Under the pieces are notes generated by a model. The model saw nothing but the letters and a program-made list of their open reading frames with translations. It did no database searches and was not told where the DNA came from. A stretch of DNA of 64,000 nucleotides from Fimbriosthenelais zetlandica (Eukaryota): positions 35,216,001-35,280,000 of the forward strand of contig OZ365112.1 of NCBI GenBank assembly GCA_977030845.1, given 5' to 3'. The position numbers and the translations under genes are program-made. Positions within the stretch are counted from its first letter, which is position 1. The number at the start of each line of letters is the position of its first letter. Positions 37,810-50,460 of the stretch are shown piece after piece.

Positions 37810-40250
37810 TCCCAGAAAACAACCAACTGGCTCCTGGTATTATTGTTTATGTCAAGGTTAAGAGGTTGTTGTGTAAGAAAACTTCACGCAAATTACAACC
37901 AGTATATATATGGGACCATTTATTATTACAAATATGGTTTCTAGGCACAATCCAGGCTGCGAAATTTGCAAACGGGGAATCAGGTCCCACGGCCTGTTAG
38001 TGTAACATTGCTAAAACCTTTGACTCGACCACTATCTCGTAAATTCATAGAGCGGGAAGTATTGGTTGAGGATCCTCAGGAGGAATAATAAGCAGTAGTA
38101 TAGTTTTATACCAAGCCATATTAGGGCCTCAGATTACACTCAAGCGCTCAGCTAGAGCTAAGAGTGCACAAGGCTTGGATTTAAATGGACACAGTCTATG
38201 GTGAGAGATTTGAGTGATGTGTGGATGGAGGTAGCTGGAGTTGGTTTTGTAGGAAAAACCAATCTGGACTCCTGCAGACCGATGCACGAGGAGGCGGTGG
38301 CCTTCCTATTAAGAGTGGCCATAGCCAAATAAGTGCATGGTGACAGGGGATACTCTTGAGCCCTTTGGCCCCTTTCCATGAATAATCTCACCCTTTTACA
38401 TGACCACCTATATAATACCAACAATAGAACATATAATCGTATTCTGGCATTATTAACCGATTTTGAATTGAGTACTGGGAGCAAGCTACGTGTCAAAAGG
38501 ACTGGAATACAGTTCCTGGGCGATATGCTAAATTGGGCAATAGGTACTGGGACTGAACCAGAAATAGAAGATGTGGCCTCGGATTTGTACATGGTAATTC
38601 AGGCAATGAAAACTACGCAACTAAATATGGCACAGAGGGACGCTATCCTGGTGGCTTTGGCTCAACAGGGAAACGGCCTTCTGCGTTTTGCTAAAACTCA
38701 CGACATCGTGTTTCTGAATATTCTAATTATAATGATGGAATCCTCCACTTCCATCATCACAAAAGAAGAGAGGGTAATGTTATATATCAATGGTGTATAC
38801 ATTTGACCTGCCATAAAGGCACACTTCTGTACCTACATGATTCTATATTGAAATACAAGCAGTAGCATTTCGAGCAGCTCACAAATTGGTCTACTCATTT
38901 TTCGTTCTTCTCGCCCGCCGTACCTTTACCATCTACGCTAGCTACCCCTACTCCATAGATGTAGACACCCCAACATAACACTATACAGAAATTCAGGGCA
39001 CTTTGCCAAGGTATCTAGTAGTAAATAGGCATGCATAACGGCATGTGCTCGTCACTGAGCACTTGCTGAACGGCTGTTCTGAGTACAGAGACAACCTTGT
39101 GTGTGCCTCTGGGGTTATTGAGAATACACCTGAGAGGAACAGTTGTATCTGGGCCTTATATAACAAGGAGGGCCAGGCAATTGTGGACTTATGTCTGATC
39201 CGGACATTCATCAGTAACAGGGTACCTCCTGTCTTGGTGAATGTCAATGAGTCTCGCCATCTGGCGACCACTAAGGGAAAGAGTGGAATATTGAAATATG
39301 TCGGTCATCCTAGCCAGCATATTGTCCTGGCACTCTTTGTAGTAATTGACGTACCCTGTGGTTGCACTTTGGAATTAACGGATGCAACTCTACATGCTAG
39401 AGTTGCTCCCTGTGGGATTGATCACAATAATTACAAAATTAAGGTTCAAACGGGGTTCAATCTACCTTTGGCTATAGCGTTTCATCTACCTGTACCCCAA
39501 TATCATGGAGCTAGTTTACATGATTCCCTTGTCCATTTGCATTTGCCCACTGCCCGTCAAATACATGATGTTTTGCACAATATTCCTAAAGAGTTGATAC
39601 AGTATGGCATGAACATTAAAACGGTTGCTGAGCATGTCCAGCAATCGGATAGTGATAGCATGAGTACTTGGAGTAAACTGCATGTCCAGGACTACTCGCC
39701 TCATGTGTCTTAACTTGGTTGCCGTTGTGGCTTTGGTTTTTTCTATAATCTCCAGTGTGTTTTCACTTTACCTTTTCTATAGGTTGCATGCCATTGGAGC
39801 CATCCTCACACTGACGAGGCGATCGTTTGCGTATGAGGTGGCGACACTAGGCCTAACCCCTCTACACATTCCGTGGCCGATAGAGGGTGAATCCACCCCT
39901 GCCACGCCCACGGAATCCCCGTTCAGGATACTCCACCAGACCACTAACCAGTGGATCCCTATTGTGTTAATTTGGCTTGTTGTGTGTGTTACTGAGTGGT
40001 GCTGCTGGAAGAGAATGAAGGGCCTCAGATGATTCTGTCGTTGTGACACGACAATCAATGAGGCTTCTTCATGGATCGTGCTCAAGTTACAAAGGCGTTG
40101 GGAGGTGGTTTCTCTCCGGGTCATGCTACTTGCCTATGAAGTGCATGCGATGGAGATACCACCAGCTCCCGGAATTGATGCCATTGCATGCCATGCATTT
40201 GATTGTGTGTTTGAGCATTGTACCAATAATCATCATACTTACTATGGAGG
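37810..40250 (+). mobile_element. Integrase C-terminus followed by a decayed F-like env with two-TM C-terminal extension
   Basis: GIIVYVKVKRLL.KKTSRKLQP; RVKR then TGIQFLGDMLNWAIGTGTE (38489); Cys-rich ectodomain; TM1 LVAVVALVFSIISSVFSLYLFY; TM2 WIPIVLIWLVVC..WCCWK. Confidence 0.85.
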
Positions 40251-40391
40251 AATAAAACTACTAAACGCTTTGGTTTCCTTAATGGAGTCCAATCATCCTG
40301 GGATGCTATGCATTTGGATGGTTGATGAACACACATAACTAAAAGTGTGTCTAAATGCACAGGGGGCTAAGTAACGAGCCCCATCATTTAG

Positions 40392-40409
40392 TGGTGACCC
40401 CAACATGAT
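40392..40409 (+). other. Primer binding site, tRNA-Trp type
   Basis: TGGTGACCCCAACATGAT versus the tRNA-Trp 3' complement TGGTGACCCCGACGTGAT; the two mismatches are G-to-A at CpG sites. Follows ...CCATCA and precedes gag. Confidence 0.8.
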
Positions 40410-40822
40410 CTCCCAATCTCCATGGATCACCAGAATCTCCAGGATCACCAAAATCTCCACTCCAGTGCCAAACCAAGTGAGTGAGAGTGCCTGTAACTAC
40501 CATGCTATCATAGCAAGCTCCCCCAACCTCTCTATCAAGTCAACCAAGTCTATGAGCAACCAGCTCAAGTGTCCAATGCTAGTGATTACCAACCAGGTAA
40601 TCATCCCAGTGATGTGTCAGTAATCGTGCCAAGTGAAAGTGCTTACCCAAGTGTGTGCTCTGTGTTGTGTGTGTGACATTCAGTGACTATACTTTATCAG
40701 CAGACCAATAAGTGACAATCAACCAAAAGTGCAACATGTTCATGTGGGTTACAGCTACCTGCCTTGCCTGGTGAGTTCACTTTGTTCAGTAGAAGTCTCC
40801 TAAGGTGTGAGTATCATGCCCA

Positions 40823-41480
40823 ATGTTAGGTAAAATTGTTAAAAGATATAATACCAGAAGTAGTAAACCAATACTTTCCCCAGTCCCGAAGTATCAGTTC
40901 AGTAGTAGCAATAATGATGAGTCTAATGCGAGTAGAATGGGGTGGCACCAGCCCTGCCAACCCCAGCGTCGGTACATTAATTTGTGTATTAAAGAGTAAC
41001 CAGGTAGTGGAAATGCAGCCGAAGGCAGAGGTAACACTCTGACCGAAGATGATAAAGTCCTTCAGCTGTTGAGTGCCGTTGCCGACCAACACTCAATCGA
41101 GCGACATTGTAACGATGTCGGGCGTTGTGATGGGGGTAACCCGTTAAAAACCTTGGAATGGCTTCGGGCCATTGATAGGGTCCCCAAGAACGTGCAAACG
41201 TCCATTGCGCGACTCACTACCCATGACCCGTTGCTAGCATCCCTACGACAACACCTTGAGAATGGGGCAGAGTGGCCCCAAGTGAAAATGGAATTGGCAC
41301 ACTATTTTTTTGTCAGCTGATTTCCGCCGTACACAGCATGACAAGCCTTAGTCAGAGGTCTGGCGAGCCTATCCGTACCTCCCTGCCGATCAGGGTGACC
41401 TAATTAAAGATCTCCTTAGTGGGATGGACGCCAGGGGCAGAGATCTGATTTCTGGCGGCCCCACCGTAAGACAGGTAAGA
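40823..41480 (+). mobile_element. Gag N-terminal remnant
   Basis: Downstream of the PBS; MLGKIVKRYNTRSSK...; CDGGNPLKTLEWLRAIDRV...WPQVKMELAHYF. Confidence 0.65.
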
Positions 41481-41528
41481 CCAGTGCTATTGATTCCGCG
41501 CCCAGCGAGACAAAAATGCTCACAGAGG

Positions 41529-41826
41529 TGCTATCCCAAGGTATAGATTAAGTGCTGCATGTATGTAGAAGGGTTTAATTGTATGCTAGATTCACCATGC
41601 TACTTGTGGTTGACCACAGGATTATACGTTTATCGGTGGAGAATGGCAAGGGAGAGGAGGTGGCTAATTGGCCTCTCACCCCAAGCCTCATGATGAGTGC
41701 CATGCATGTTTGCGTGTGAGTGGTTTGTGGCAGGGGCTGGGCGGAGGGTGGGTGTTAGTGTAGATTATACAGCCTCCGTCTATAGGAGAAGGTAATCATT
41801 ATAAGTGGTGCTATTTGGCCGGTACT
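41529..41826 (+). mobile_element. LTR fragment of the TGCTATCCC family
   Basis: Aligns closely with 30858-31153. Confidence 0.7.
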
Positions 41827-42568
41827 CCAAACTTTACTGGACAGCCATGATGCCGTCGAGAAAGATGTTGTGCCTTGCGATCGAGGTTACGACCCTGAGG
41901 CTCCAGCGTTTTGGAGCCTGGCTGAGGGTGGAGACCGTCGGCGACAGCGGCGGCCCTCAGCACAGGCTTGCTGAGTTGTATTTGACCCCCTGTGACCCCC
42001 TGGCAAGCACATACCAACAGGCACAGTGACGGGATAGACCGAGGATAAGTGGAACAGAAGAAAAAGAATGGTTTAATATCCATAAACTCTTTTCTTGTTA
42101 TACTCTTACAGAACCAGGATGAAGGCGGCCTTGATTCTAGGGCGATCATGACTTCGAATCGTAAGGAAACTGTACATGGTGAATTTTCAAGGAAAGTGTT
42201 CATTACTGAAGGAATAGTGAATTTTTGAAACTTGAAGAACTTGTAAGGATGGAAAGGTAAAGATATTTTTTAAGTTAGCACAGTCTGAGTGTGAAAAAGT
42301 ATCAATTGTGAAAATTGCATCACTTTGAACTATGAAGAAGTAAAGACAACTTGAAAAACTGGAAGTGAAACTAATGAACTACAAGTCTATTTCATCTGTC
42401 GGTGTAAGACACTCAATAATATACAGTGTGGTTGAAACGTTGACAGATTATTCCACAACTTGGACTCCTGGCTGACTGGACTAATTTGCCTTTTTTTTTA
42501 TTTTAACATAAATGGTGTGATTCGTTGAACTTTAAATTATAAATTGTGTAATTTTCATTTTCAGCACA

Positions 42569-43276
42569 ATGGCTCAGCCTGCTCCGGGTGGAGCAGAGCA
42601 GCCATTAGCTAATTATACTCGTTTGAAGGACCTAAAGTGGAGGCGGAGGGTCGATTTAGTTAGACAGGGCTATTACCAGGATATGTATGATTACTCTGTT
42701 GCTTTCAAACAGGGAATCAGTCAGTTATACAGTAGCTAGGAATTGGGGGTTCAATCAGTCGTTTCAAAATTGATAGTAGATTTTATAAATGGCATAGCAA
42801 GCCAAGAACTGAGAAAAACGGCCTTATCTACTATCCTAGAAAAGGCGCAGCCGACGTATGTCGCCAATACTAATTTCCAGAACACCTTACTCCTGGAGTA
42901 CGAGGATTTTTGTGCACTAAGCAAGGTGTATTCTCGTACGGAGCATAGGGAGCGTCTCACTGTCCCTCCGCAACGGATGGAAGAAGTACGAGTGTCTGGG
43001 TCGGATGAGGAAAGACCGGCCAAACGGCATCTCCCTGATGAAACCTTGATAGGGAGACTTACAAGCCTCGATGCAGCTTATAGAGCTGCTTTCACTGCAG
43101 ATAGAGCTTTCAGGGATGCAGCTGAAAGGAGGGGGGAAGCCATGGCGCCGTGTGGAGCGGGAGTCTTTTCTTCTTTCGAGAGCTTCAGAGAATCTTTGTT
43201 AAAAGAATTTTTGGACGACTACTTTAGTAGAGATGAGTCTGACTATCAAGTTTCTTCAGCTTGCCATCAACTTTAA
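42569..43276 (+). pseudogene. Gag-C-terminal-like accessory ORF behind a splice acceptor; one in-frame stop
   Basis: TTTTCATTTTCAG then CACA ATG (42569); VRQGYYQDMYDYSVAF...LIVDFINGIASQELRK; TAG at 42737-42739 in frame with track ORF 42743-43276. Confidence 0.5.
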
Positions 43277-45164
43277 CTGAGTTTCCCTTCCATTGTCAGC
43301 ATTCAATAATTTTACTTTGAACACAGGTGTAGTAAAAGTATGTGTGGTTATTAATGTTGCTTCAAATTGTGGAGATGGTATGGTATGAGGAGGTTGAGTC
43401 TCTATGTGTAATGTAAGGCATAAAAGCCAACTGAGCTTGCGGGTGGTGCCTCTAGTATTATTCTTAGAAATGATTAATTGATTACTCTCCCTGTCACTCG
43501 TGTGATAATGAATAGTACCACACTATTACTTGCAAAGAAATGAACCCATAACTGTTAATATTAAAAATAGCATAGACATGTTAATTTTGTTAATTTTCTT
43601 TAACGATACCAATATTGCCACTGATTTGAACTAATTCGTTTGTAATCTATATGTTTGTGACTATAATGTAATCCTAAAAGTAAAGATAATCTATGTGACG
43701 TATGTAATGAGTCCATTAAATTAAATTAGATCCATATCATTAAAGGCGAATGTCCTTAGGATATGGGCAATCAAGTCACTGTAACAATAGTGTATATACA
43801 CATGTCTGTAAAGTTCGCCCTATAGTGTTCTATTGACGCACGGAAATAAAGACCTACAATTTAATTGCTTTCGTTACCGGACCTTCAAATTTAATTAACA
43901 TATATAAGTGACCGGAATACTTGCACGTACTGTCTTATAACTAACTTGTGCGTTTTTGAGACTAATTTTAGCATGACTGGGCCAACAAGCATGATGAAAA
44001 CGGCAACGGCTGCAACCAAAATTAGCACAGGCAGCTTCTTAACAACAATTATTCTTACATGTGTTGTCATATATCTAGAGTCAAATCAAAATACTGAAAA
44101 TATGTATTTATTATGTACTTTTAGTGGTATACAAAAAATCAAAAACGCCCCTATTCAAACATGGCTAATATGCAAATCGCTTAATCACGGAAGACGGCCA
44201 GCCGTCATGAGGAGTCGTAATAAGCCCCCCCATTTTCACAATTTCACACTGAAAAATATGACCAATTGATCTGATTACCGTTTTTTTTTATATACAGCCC
44301 GAGAAATATTCAGCCAAATAGTAGAGGAACTCATGGAACCACTTGAGGAAGAATTAAGATGGGAGAGAGTGGACCGCGCGTGGTTTGCGGCCATACAGCG
44401 GCGCCCAAAGCGCTCACAAGATGCCACAACAAGCGTGGACAAACAAATCCATCCACGAGCAGCACCAGCAAGCCCTCTTCACAAGCAAGTGAAGAGCAGC
44501 CATAATAACACCAGACAACAGACTATAAAAACGTTGACCCGGTGCCGCTATTATATCTAATACACAAAATGTGTGTGTTATTCAGACTTTGCGGATAAAC
44601 AGCAGGACAATGATCTGTGTATTAGATATAATTCACTCCCTCATTTTTCTTCTTCATATATATTTGTGTGTGATTTTTTGTGGCCCCCACAAGCTGCGTT
44701 ATCCTCATTTTCGATATTATTATACATATTGAACAAGAGTTAACATGGAATGGAAAACTCTTACCGCAAGGGAAACATCGCGGGAGACTCCCCACGCACA
44801 GCAAGGTATCGCCAAATCCAAAGACTCGGTGGTGGGCGACAAAAGGAACGAACTTGTTATCCCTCCCCCCCAAGTGATTGTGGAAATGCTGTGCAGTGTT
44901 CATAATGCCGTTGAATATCCTATATACAGGGGAGATGGACGAGGGCGCACATCTTGCCTGACATCGGACAACGCCCTCCAAGAGCAACAACGCTCCTTCC
45001 TGTCACATCATGACGGCTGCGTGGTGTGCCAATGACGGCCACCAGCTGTAACATCCCCGCTCGCTGGGCGCCAGACGCCAGCCCCCCGCATTTTGATGAG
45101 AGGTTCCCGTTCAATGTTCCGCTCTCGTTCAAAAAGTATAAAAAATATCTGTAGAAAATATATC

Positions 45165-45790
45165 ACATACAGATATAAAATAACATCCGTCTTTTCCCTC
45201 CACCAGAGAGATATACAAAGTTTGCTATCCCTGCATCTGGGATCGGGCCTCGAGCCTTCAGAGCCATTGATCCCGTTAAAAAAGGAGGCAGGTCTGGTGA
45301 TGGGCAAAAGAATTTGTTTTTTTCTATCTATCTTGCCAAAGGAAGTAATGTTTTCCTCAAGGGCTGTTCGTATGTACTATAATATACACATGTAGTACCT
45401 TTGTGAGAATCCAATCTTTTCTTTCCTCCCACCAGAGTGCAAGGGGTCCGCGACGCACTTCTGTCTCCAAGTGGGTCAAAATTGGCATCGAGCCTTCAGA
45501 GCCAGTGACTCCCTGTTAAAAAAGAGGCAGAGGGGGACAGCGGCCCCTTCCTCTGGTGGGGGAGAGTAAAAGAAATTCTCGTTTATCATATTATGTCCAG
45601 ATATAAAATAACAACCATCTTTTTCCCTCCACCAGAGAGATATATGAAGTTTGCTATCCCTGCATCCAGGATCGGGCCTCGAGCCTTCAGAGCCATTGAT
45701 CCCGTTAAAAAAGGAGGCAGGTCTGGTGATGGGCAAAAGAACTGTTTTTTTCTATCTATCTTGCCAAAGGAAGTAATGTTTTCCTCAGGG
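45165..45790. repeat. ~195-bp dispersed direct repeat (45165-45360 and 45595-45790)
   Basis: Near-identical copies; core GAGCCTTCAGAGC also at ~45490 and, as AAGCCTTCAGAGC, at ~47443. Confidence 0.9.
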
Positions 45791-46414
45791 TAACTTTTGT
45801 ATTATATATAGCGAGTGTCATATTATCCTCTCCCTTCCGCCCTTCCCGTGGGGTCTCCGGGATAGAATAGGTCCCCTGCCATCTTACCAGCGAGCCGTAA
45901 AAACCGGCTAATGGTTTAGAAAAGTGCAAATCCAACAAAAAAAAAGTTACCAAAAATATTTAACTCTATACTAATCTTTTCTTTCAGTGTGCAGTTTTAA
46001 TTCCCCCTTCCCCGTTTATAATAATTATGGCAAAGAATGAGTTTAAGATAAAAATAATAGATGAAGAGTTATTGAAATCCCACTCCCCTTATTTTTACTG
46101 TTTAGATAAATATTCCATGGAGTGGGAAAAAAAAGACTGGCGAGATAGCATAGAAATGCCAAATTTTCTTAGGGTAAGGGACTATCAAAAGATCTTTACC
46201 ATATTAAGTTCTACTAAAGACATCAAAGATTGCGCAAAAAGTTTATGGTTAGACATGGGGAGAAAAATTACTGACAAAATTATTATTCGGATTCATTAGG
46301 TTTATTGATATATTTTTAAATGAGGCCCTTATTAAAAAATTATTATATCTCGTCATCAAATTAGAACTAAGAAACTGTCATCACTTCATCTGTTATTTCT
46401 TAAACCATTTAGAA

Positions 46415-46902
46415 GTGGGGCGTATTGGTATGCGATCCGTCATTCTCATGACCTTAGCTGAAGAGTTAAACACGGCCCCCAATATAATTGCAACAAAATC
46501 TAAAACTAAGAGTAAAACACACTTTTCAGTATATACCTTGAAAGATCTCATTTATAAAAGCTCTAAAGCTAAACTTTTTATTGAAATACACGAAAAAAAT
46601 TGAGAGTGCATTTATTGTAACCTTCCGCTAAGGTACCACTGCATAGACGAGTGGCAGATCCATGGGCTTCCAGGACCCCCTGTTGTGGATCCATAATCCA
46701 CGCACCGTGCTTTTGGAAGCTAGTCTCCCGGTCATATATGTACTGGGAGACGTGTCCAAAATGCAATAACGAATTCCAAGAAAACGGGCGGGTCCTGCGA
46801 CAAGACGCTGGCCCTTTGTTGCTTGCCCTTCGGTATCTATCGATACGCCGTGACAATGGCATGCCTTTAGATGTAGACATTCCTCTTCCACCTAGAATGT
46901 AA
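46415..46902 (+). pseudogene. RING-finger-like ORF with one stop and one frameshift
   Basis: In-frame after TGA 46601-46603: ECIYC; shifted frame: TPCCGSIIHAPC...CPKC, giving a RING-like ligand set. Confidence 0.6.
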
Positions 46903-48133
46903 AATCAACCGAGACCCACTTGGAATGCCGATATTTTATGAAATTAATTCGGGGGTAAAAAAAAGAATATTGTATTTAAAAGAAATATCGGCTAATTAGA
47001 TGACATTTTAAAGACGCGGGGAGAGATAATATTGCCCTCCAAGTGAACATTGTTGACTTTACATTCTCATCTTATAAAATACACGCCACTTCTTTTCCCG
47101 TGTGCTTACTAACACCCCATAACGGCCAGACTCCCTGTTGCCTATCAAAATTTAATAATAAAGTCAGCCCATTTACCACCCCATGTCCAGCATGTCGACC
47201 AAAACGGAAGACAAGACTGGAAAGACGGGTCTTGCTTGAAACAGGAATCCCGTTTCGACCCGTCCCGTGTGGGGGGGTGGACATCGGCCCTTGTTTTAAA
47301 TTATATTTGCGACTGGGAGTCTTTTTCTCCACCAAAAAGGTTATTTGCTTCTTGTGTCAATCTTCCTAAAAACAGGAGAGTGTACCCCTCTCGATAGGGA
47401 GATTGGCACATACTTTAACCCCCCTCGGGGTCGCCTGCATCAAGCCTTCAGAGCAGTGATAATTCCCGAGGGGGGGTAAGAATTCCACTGAAAATATGAC
47501 ATGGCTTTATTTGCCTCAAAAGGGCCTTCTGTCATCATTTTTAAAATTCTACTGGATTGTGATAAGAAAAAAATAAAAAAACGACTAACCTAAAATTTAT
47601 TTGCCTCTAGTTATTATTTTCTCATATACCGCATATGAAAATTATTTCATCTATAATTAAAAACCTACTGCAGCTATACTTATGGAATGACCGAACATCG
47701 ACGGAATGGAATTAAAATTATAGTATGTTAATCTCTTCCACATATCTGTGAGGTGTACAGTTCAGTTCTATAGATCGGTGAGGGGTGTGATTTCAATTCA
47801 TAATAGTTTCTATTTGTGGGGGACAGAAAAGATGGGGCAACGATACCAAGCCACTTGGCGTGATATCTGCATCATGAAGATAGACGAAGAGTTCCCCATT
47901 GTCATGTGTGGGGGTAGTATGTTCCTCAAAATAAAAAATGAAATTGTGGCATGTGAAAACCTATGCCTCATCTATATGGTTATCATTGTAATAATTAACA
48001 GTTTTAAATTATGTTTAAGTTATCTGATGTTTATTGTGAATTATCTATAGGAATAGTCTAATCCATTTATTATTTCTGTATTATTTCTGTATCTCCCTTC
48101 TAAATCATCCCTTCAGAGATCTTTGGGGAAAAA

Positions 48134-48901
48134 CACTCATTTGCGATCAGGGTTCAAACAACAGGTCCTGCATGAAAACGATGTTTGGCGAGGGCCACCT
48201 GATGCACAAAAACGAAAAGGTCTTTCTGTTCTACGATCCCCCACATCTCTTGAAGAGTGTCAGAAATAATTTTATGAAGTATAGCTTTCAGCTTCATGGT
48301 GAGAATATCAGCTGGGAGTTTGTTGAAAAGTTTTATTATATTGACAAACAAAATCCTATTTAAATGGCTCCAAAACTTAATCACAACCATATTAATATAC
48401 CACCATTTGGTAAAATGAAAGTTAACCTTGCAGCCCAAGTGCTCAAAGCTATGATTCTGGTGAAACACGCTAATGTGCACCCAGTAACAAGAACATCCCA
48501 GCATTATGCACTCTCCGATGAATTTCACAAGTGGAATACGAAAGATCCAAAAGACCAATTCCGTGATGTGCAACTTGTGCCAGAACTTAGGGGAACAACA
48601 AACACGCAAGTATGTGAGCAGTTGTTTAGTGTTCTGGACCGAGACACCTATTTTCTTGATAGGATGTCTCCAAAAAACATATGGTCGTTCTCCGGTTAAT
48701 ACTCCACATGAAAAACTGTAAGAAACAGGAAATCCAGAGACCTAATGCAGAGCAAACTGAGAAAAGGGTGGCATCTAAAGGAAACATGTCTGATAGAGAT
48801 AGCTGTACTTCTGAGGAAGTTCTGGTTGTTTTACCTGAATTGGTAATATATTGTTCAGGGTACCCGGTACAGTGATACCCCTTGCAGGGCCAATTATTTG
48901 G
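48134..48901 (+). mobile_element. Second copy of the P/KDZ chimeric segment
   Basis: Aligns with 26625-27849 minus the LTR/PBS insert; same P-to-KDZ junction (AAQVLK then AMILVKH). Confidence 0.85.
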
Positions 48902-48919
48902 AGTTGTGGGAGGCCGAAT

Positions 48920-49075
48920 GGGAAGATCGCCTCTGGGAAGATCGCACCAACACCCGAACGAGTGGTGCACTTGTCAGAAATGTGCAGAAATGCCCACGGC
49001 AGGGCAATGTCTTTGTTGTCGTGAGATCAAAGCTTTAAATGCAAAATTTGGAGATACCATGTTTGACGGTGAGTA
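48920..49075 (+). pseudogene. Cys-rich fragment resembling the P2X7 intracellular domain
   Basis: WCTCQKCAEMPTAGQCLCCRE matches the remembered WC.C..C..MPT..E/QC.CC.E pattern. Confidence 0.65.
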
Positions 49076-49337
49076 TTTTAGCATTATGTACTCTCCGACG
49101 AATTTCACAAGTGGAATACGAAAGATCCAAAAGACCAACTCCATGATGTGCAACTTGTGCCAGAACTTAGGGGAACAACAAACACGCAAGTATGTGAGCA
49201 GTTGTTTAGTGTTCTGGACCGAGACACCTATTTTCTTGATAGGATGTCTCCAAATAAACATATGGTCGTTCTCCGGTTAATACTCCACCTGAAAAAATCC
49301 TGAATTATTTGAAGCCCTAAAATTAAAGTCGAAATCT

Positions 49338-50460
49338 ATGTCAAAAAATGACAAACTTTGTGCGCTTATTTTTGATGAAATGTCCATTAAGGAATTTGTA
49401 CAATATAATCAGGGATTGGATACTATTGAGGCATTTGTAGATCTTGGAGAGTTGGGACAGGAGAGATTCATAGCCAACCATGCCCTGGGATTCATGATCA
49501 GGGGACTGAATTCAAAATGGAAGCAACCAATTGGATATGTTTTGACATCTGGTCCTATAAACCATTAAAAACTGAATCCAGTATTGCAACACTGTTTGCA
49601 CAAAATTGAGGAAGTGGGGTTTATAGTAAAGGCATTGATTTGTGATCAAGGGTCCAACAATAGGGCATGTGTTCAGTCTCTTTTTAATGATGGTGTCATG
49701 AAATTCAAAAATGAAAGTGTTTTCCTTTTCTATGATCCCCCTCACTTGCTCAAGAGTATCCGAAACAATCTAATGAAGAGTGATTTAGTTGTGAATGGTG
49801 AAAATGTGTGCTGGGGTTATGTTAAACATTTCTTTCATCTGGATCACTCACAACCTGTAAGGATGGCACCAAAACTGAGTGAAAAACACATCAATCTTCC
49901 CCCCCTTTGCAAAAATGAAAGTGACTTTGGCAGCACAAGTCCTGAGTCATACATTAGCTGCAGGAATATCAATTCTTGTCAGGACTAATGATTTGCCTCC
50001 TGAAGCTATTCATACGGCCCCTTTTATTGAAAGAATGGATCAACTTTTTAATTCATTCAACAGCAGAACCCTCAAGAGTAAGCAGAAATTGGGAAATGCC
50101 TTTTCAGATATCTCTGGTCATACCAATTTTCTTTCTGATTGTATCCCTTTATTTCAAAATATGACACTGGCAGACGGGAAAAAGGTTCCATGTATTGAAG
50201 GGTGGGTAGTCACCATAAAATCATTACTTCGTTTGTGGGAGAACCTTAGGGATGAGTATGGATTCAAGTTTCTCGTGACTAATAGATTAAACCAAGATTG
50301 TATTGAAAATTTGTTTTCTGTGATAATGGGGAAAGGGGGGCATCGAGATAATCCAACACCACAACAATTTCGGGCTGCATTCAGAGTTGTAGTTGTAGAG
50401 AAACTCCTAATACAAAGTAAGGGGAGTAATTGTCAGGAAGATCAAACTTTTATTTGCCCT
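49338..50460 (+). mobile_element. P-element transposase catalytic core, two frameshifts
   Basis: FDEMSIK (D), ICDQGSNN (D), LNQDCIENLFS (E); GTP-binding insertion region MAPKLSEKHINLPPFAKMKVTLAAQVLSH. Confidence 0.93.

Noticed and set aside
44745-45035. Integrase H2C2-like pattern (LVIP...EML..VHN...CVVCQ)
   Set aside because: Second His and the downstream DDE core are missing; kept only as part of the unexplained cassette.
47072-47335. Possible HUH Rep motif (RHAGH) on the minus strand
   Set aside because: Spacing is not H-hydrophobic-H and no helicase motifs are nearby.
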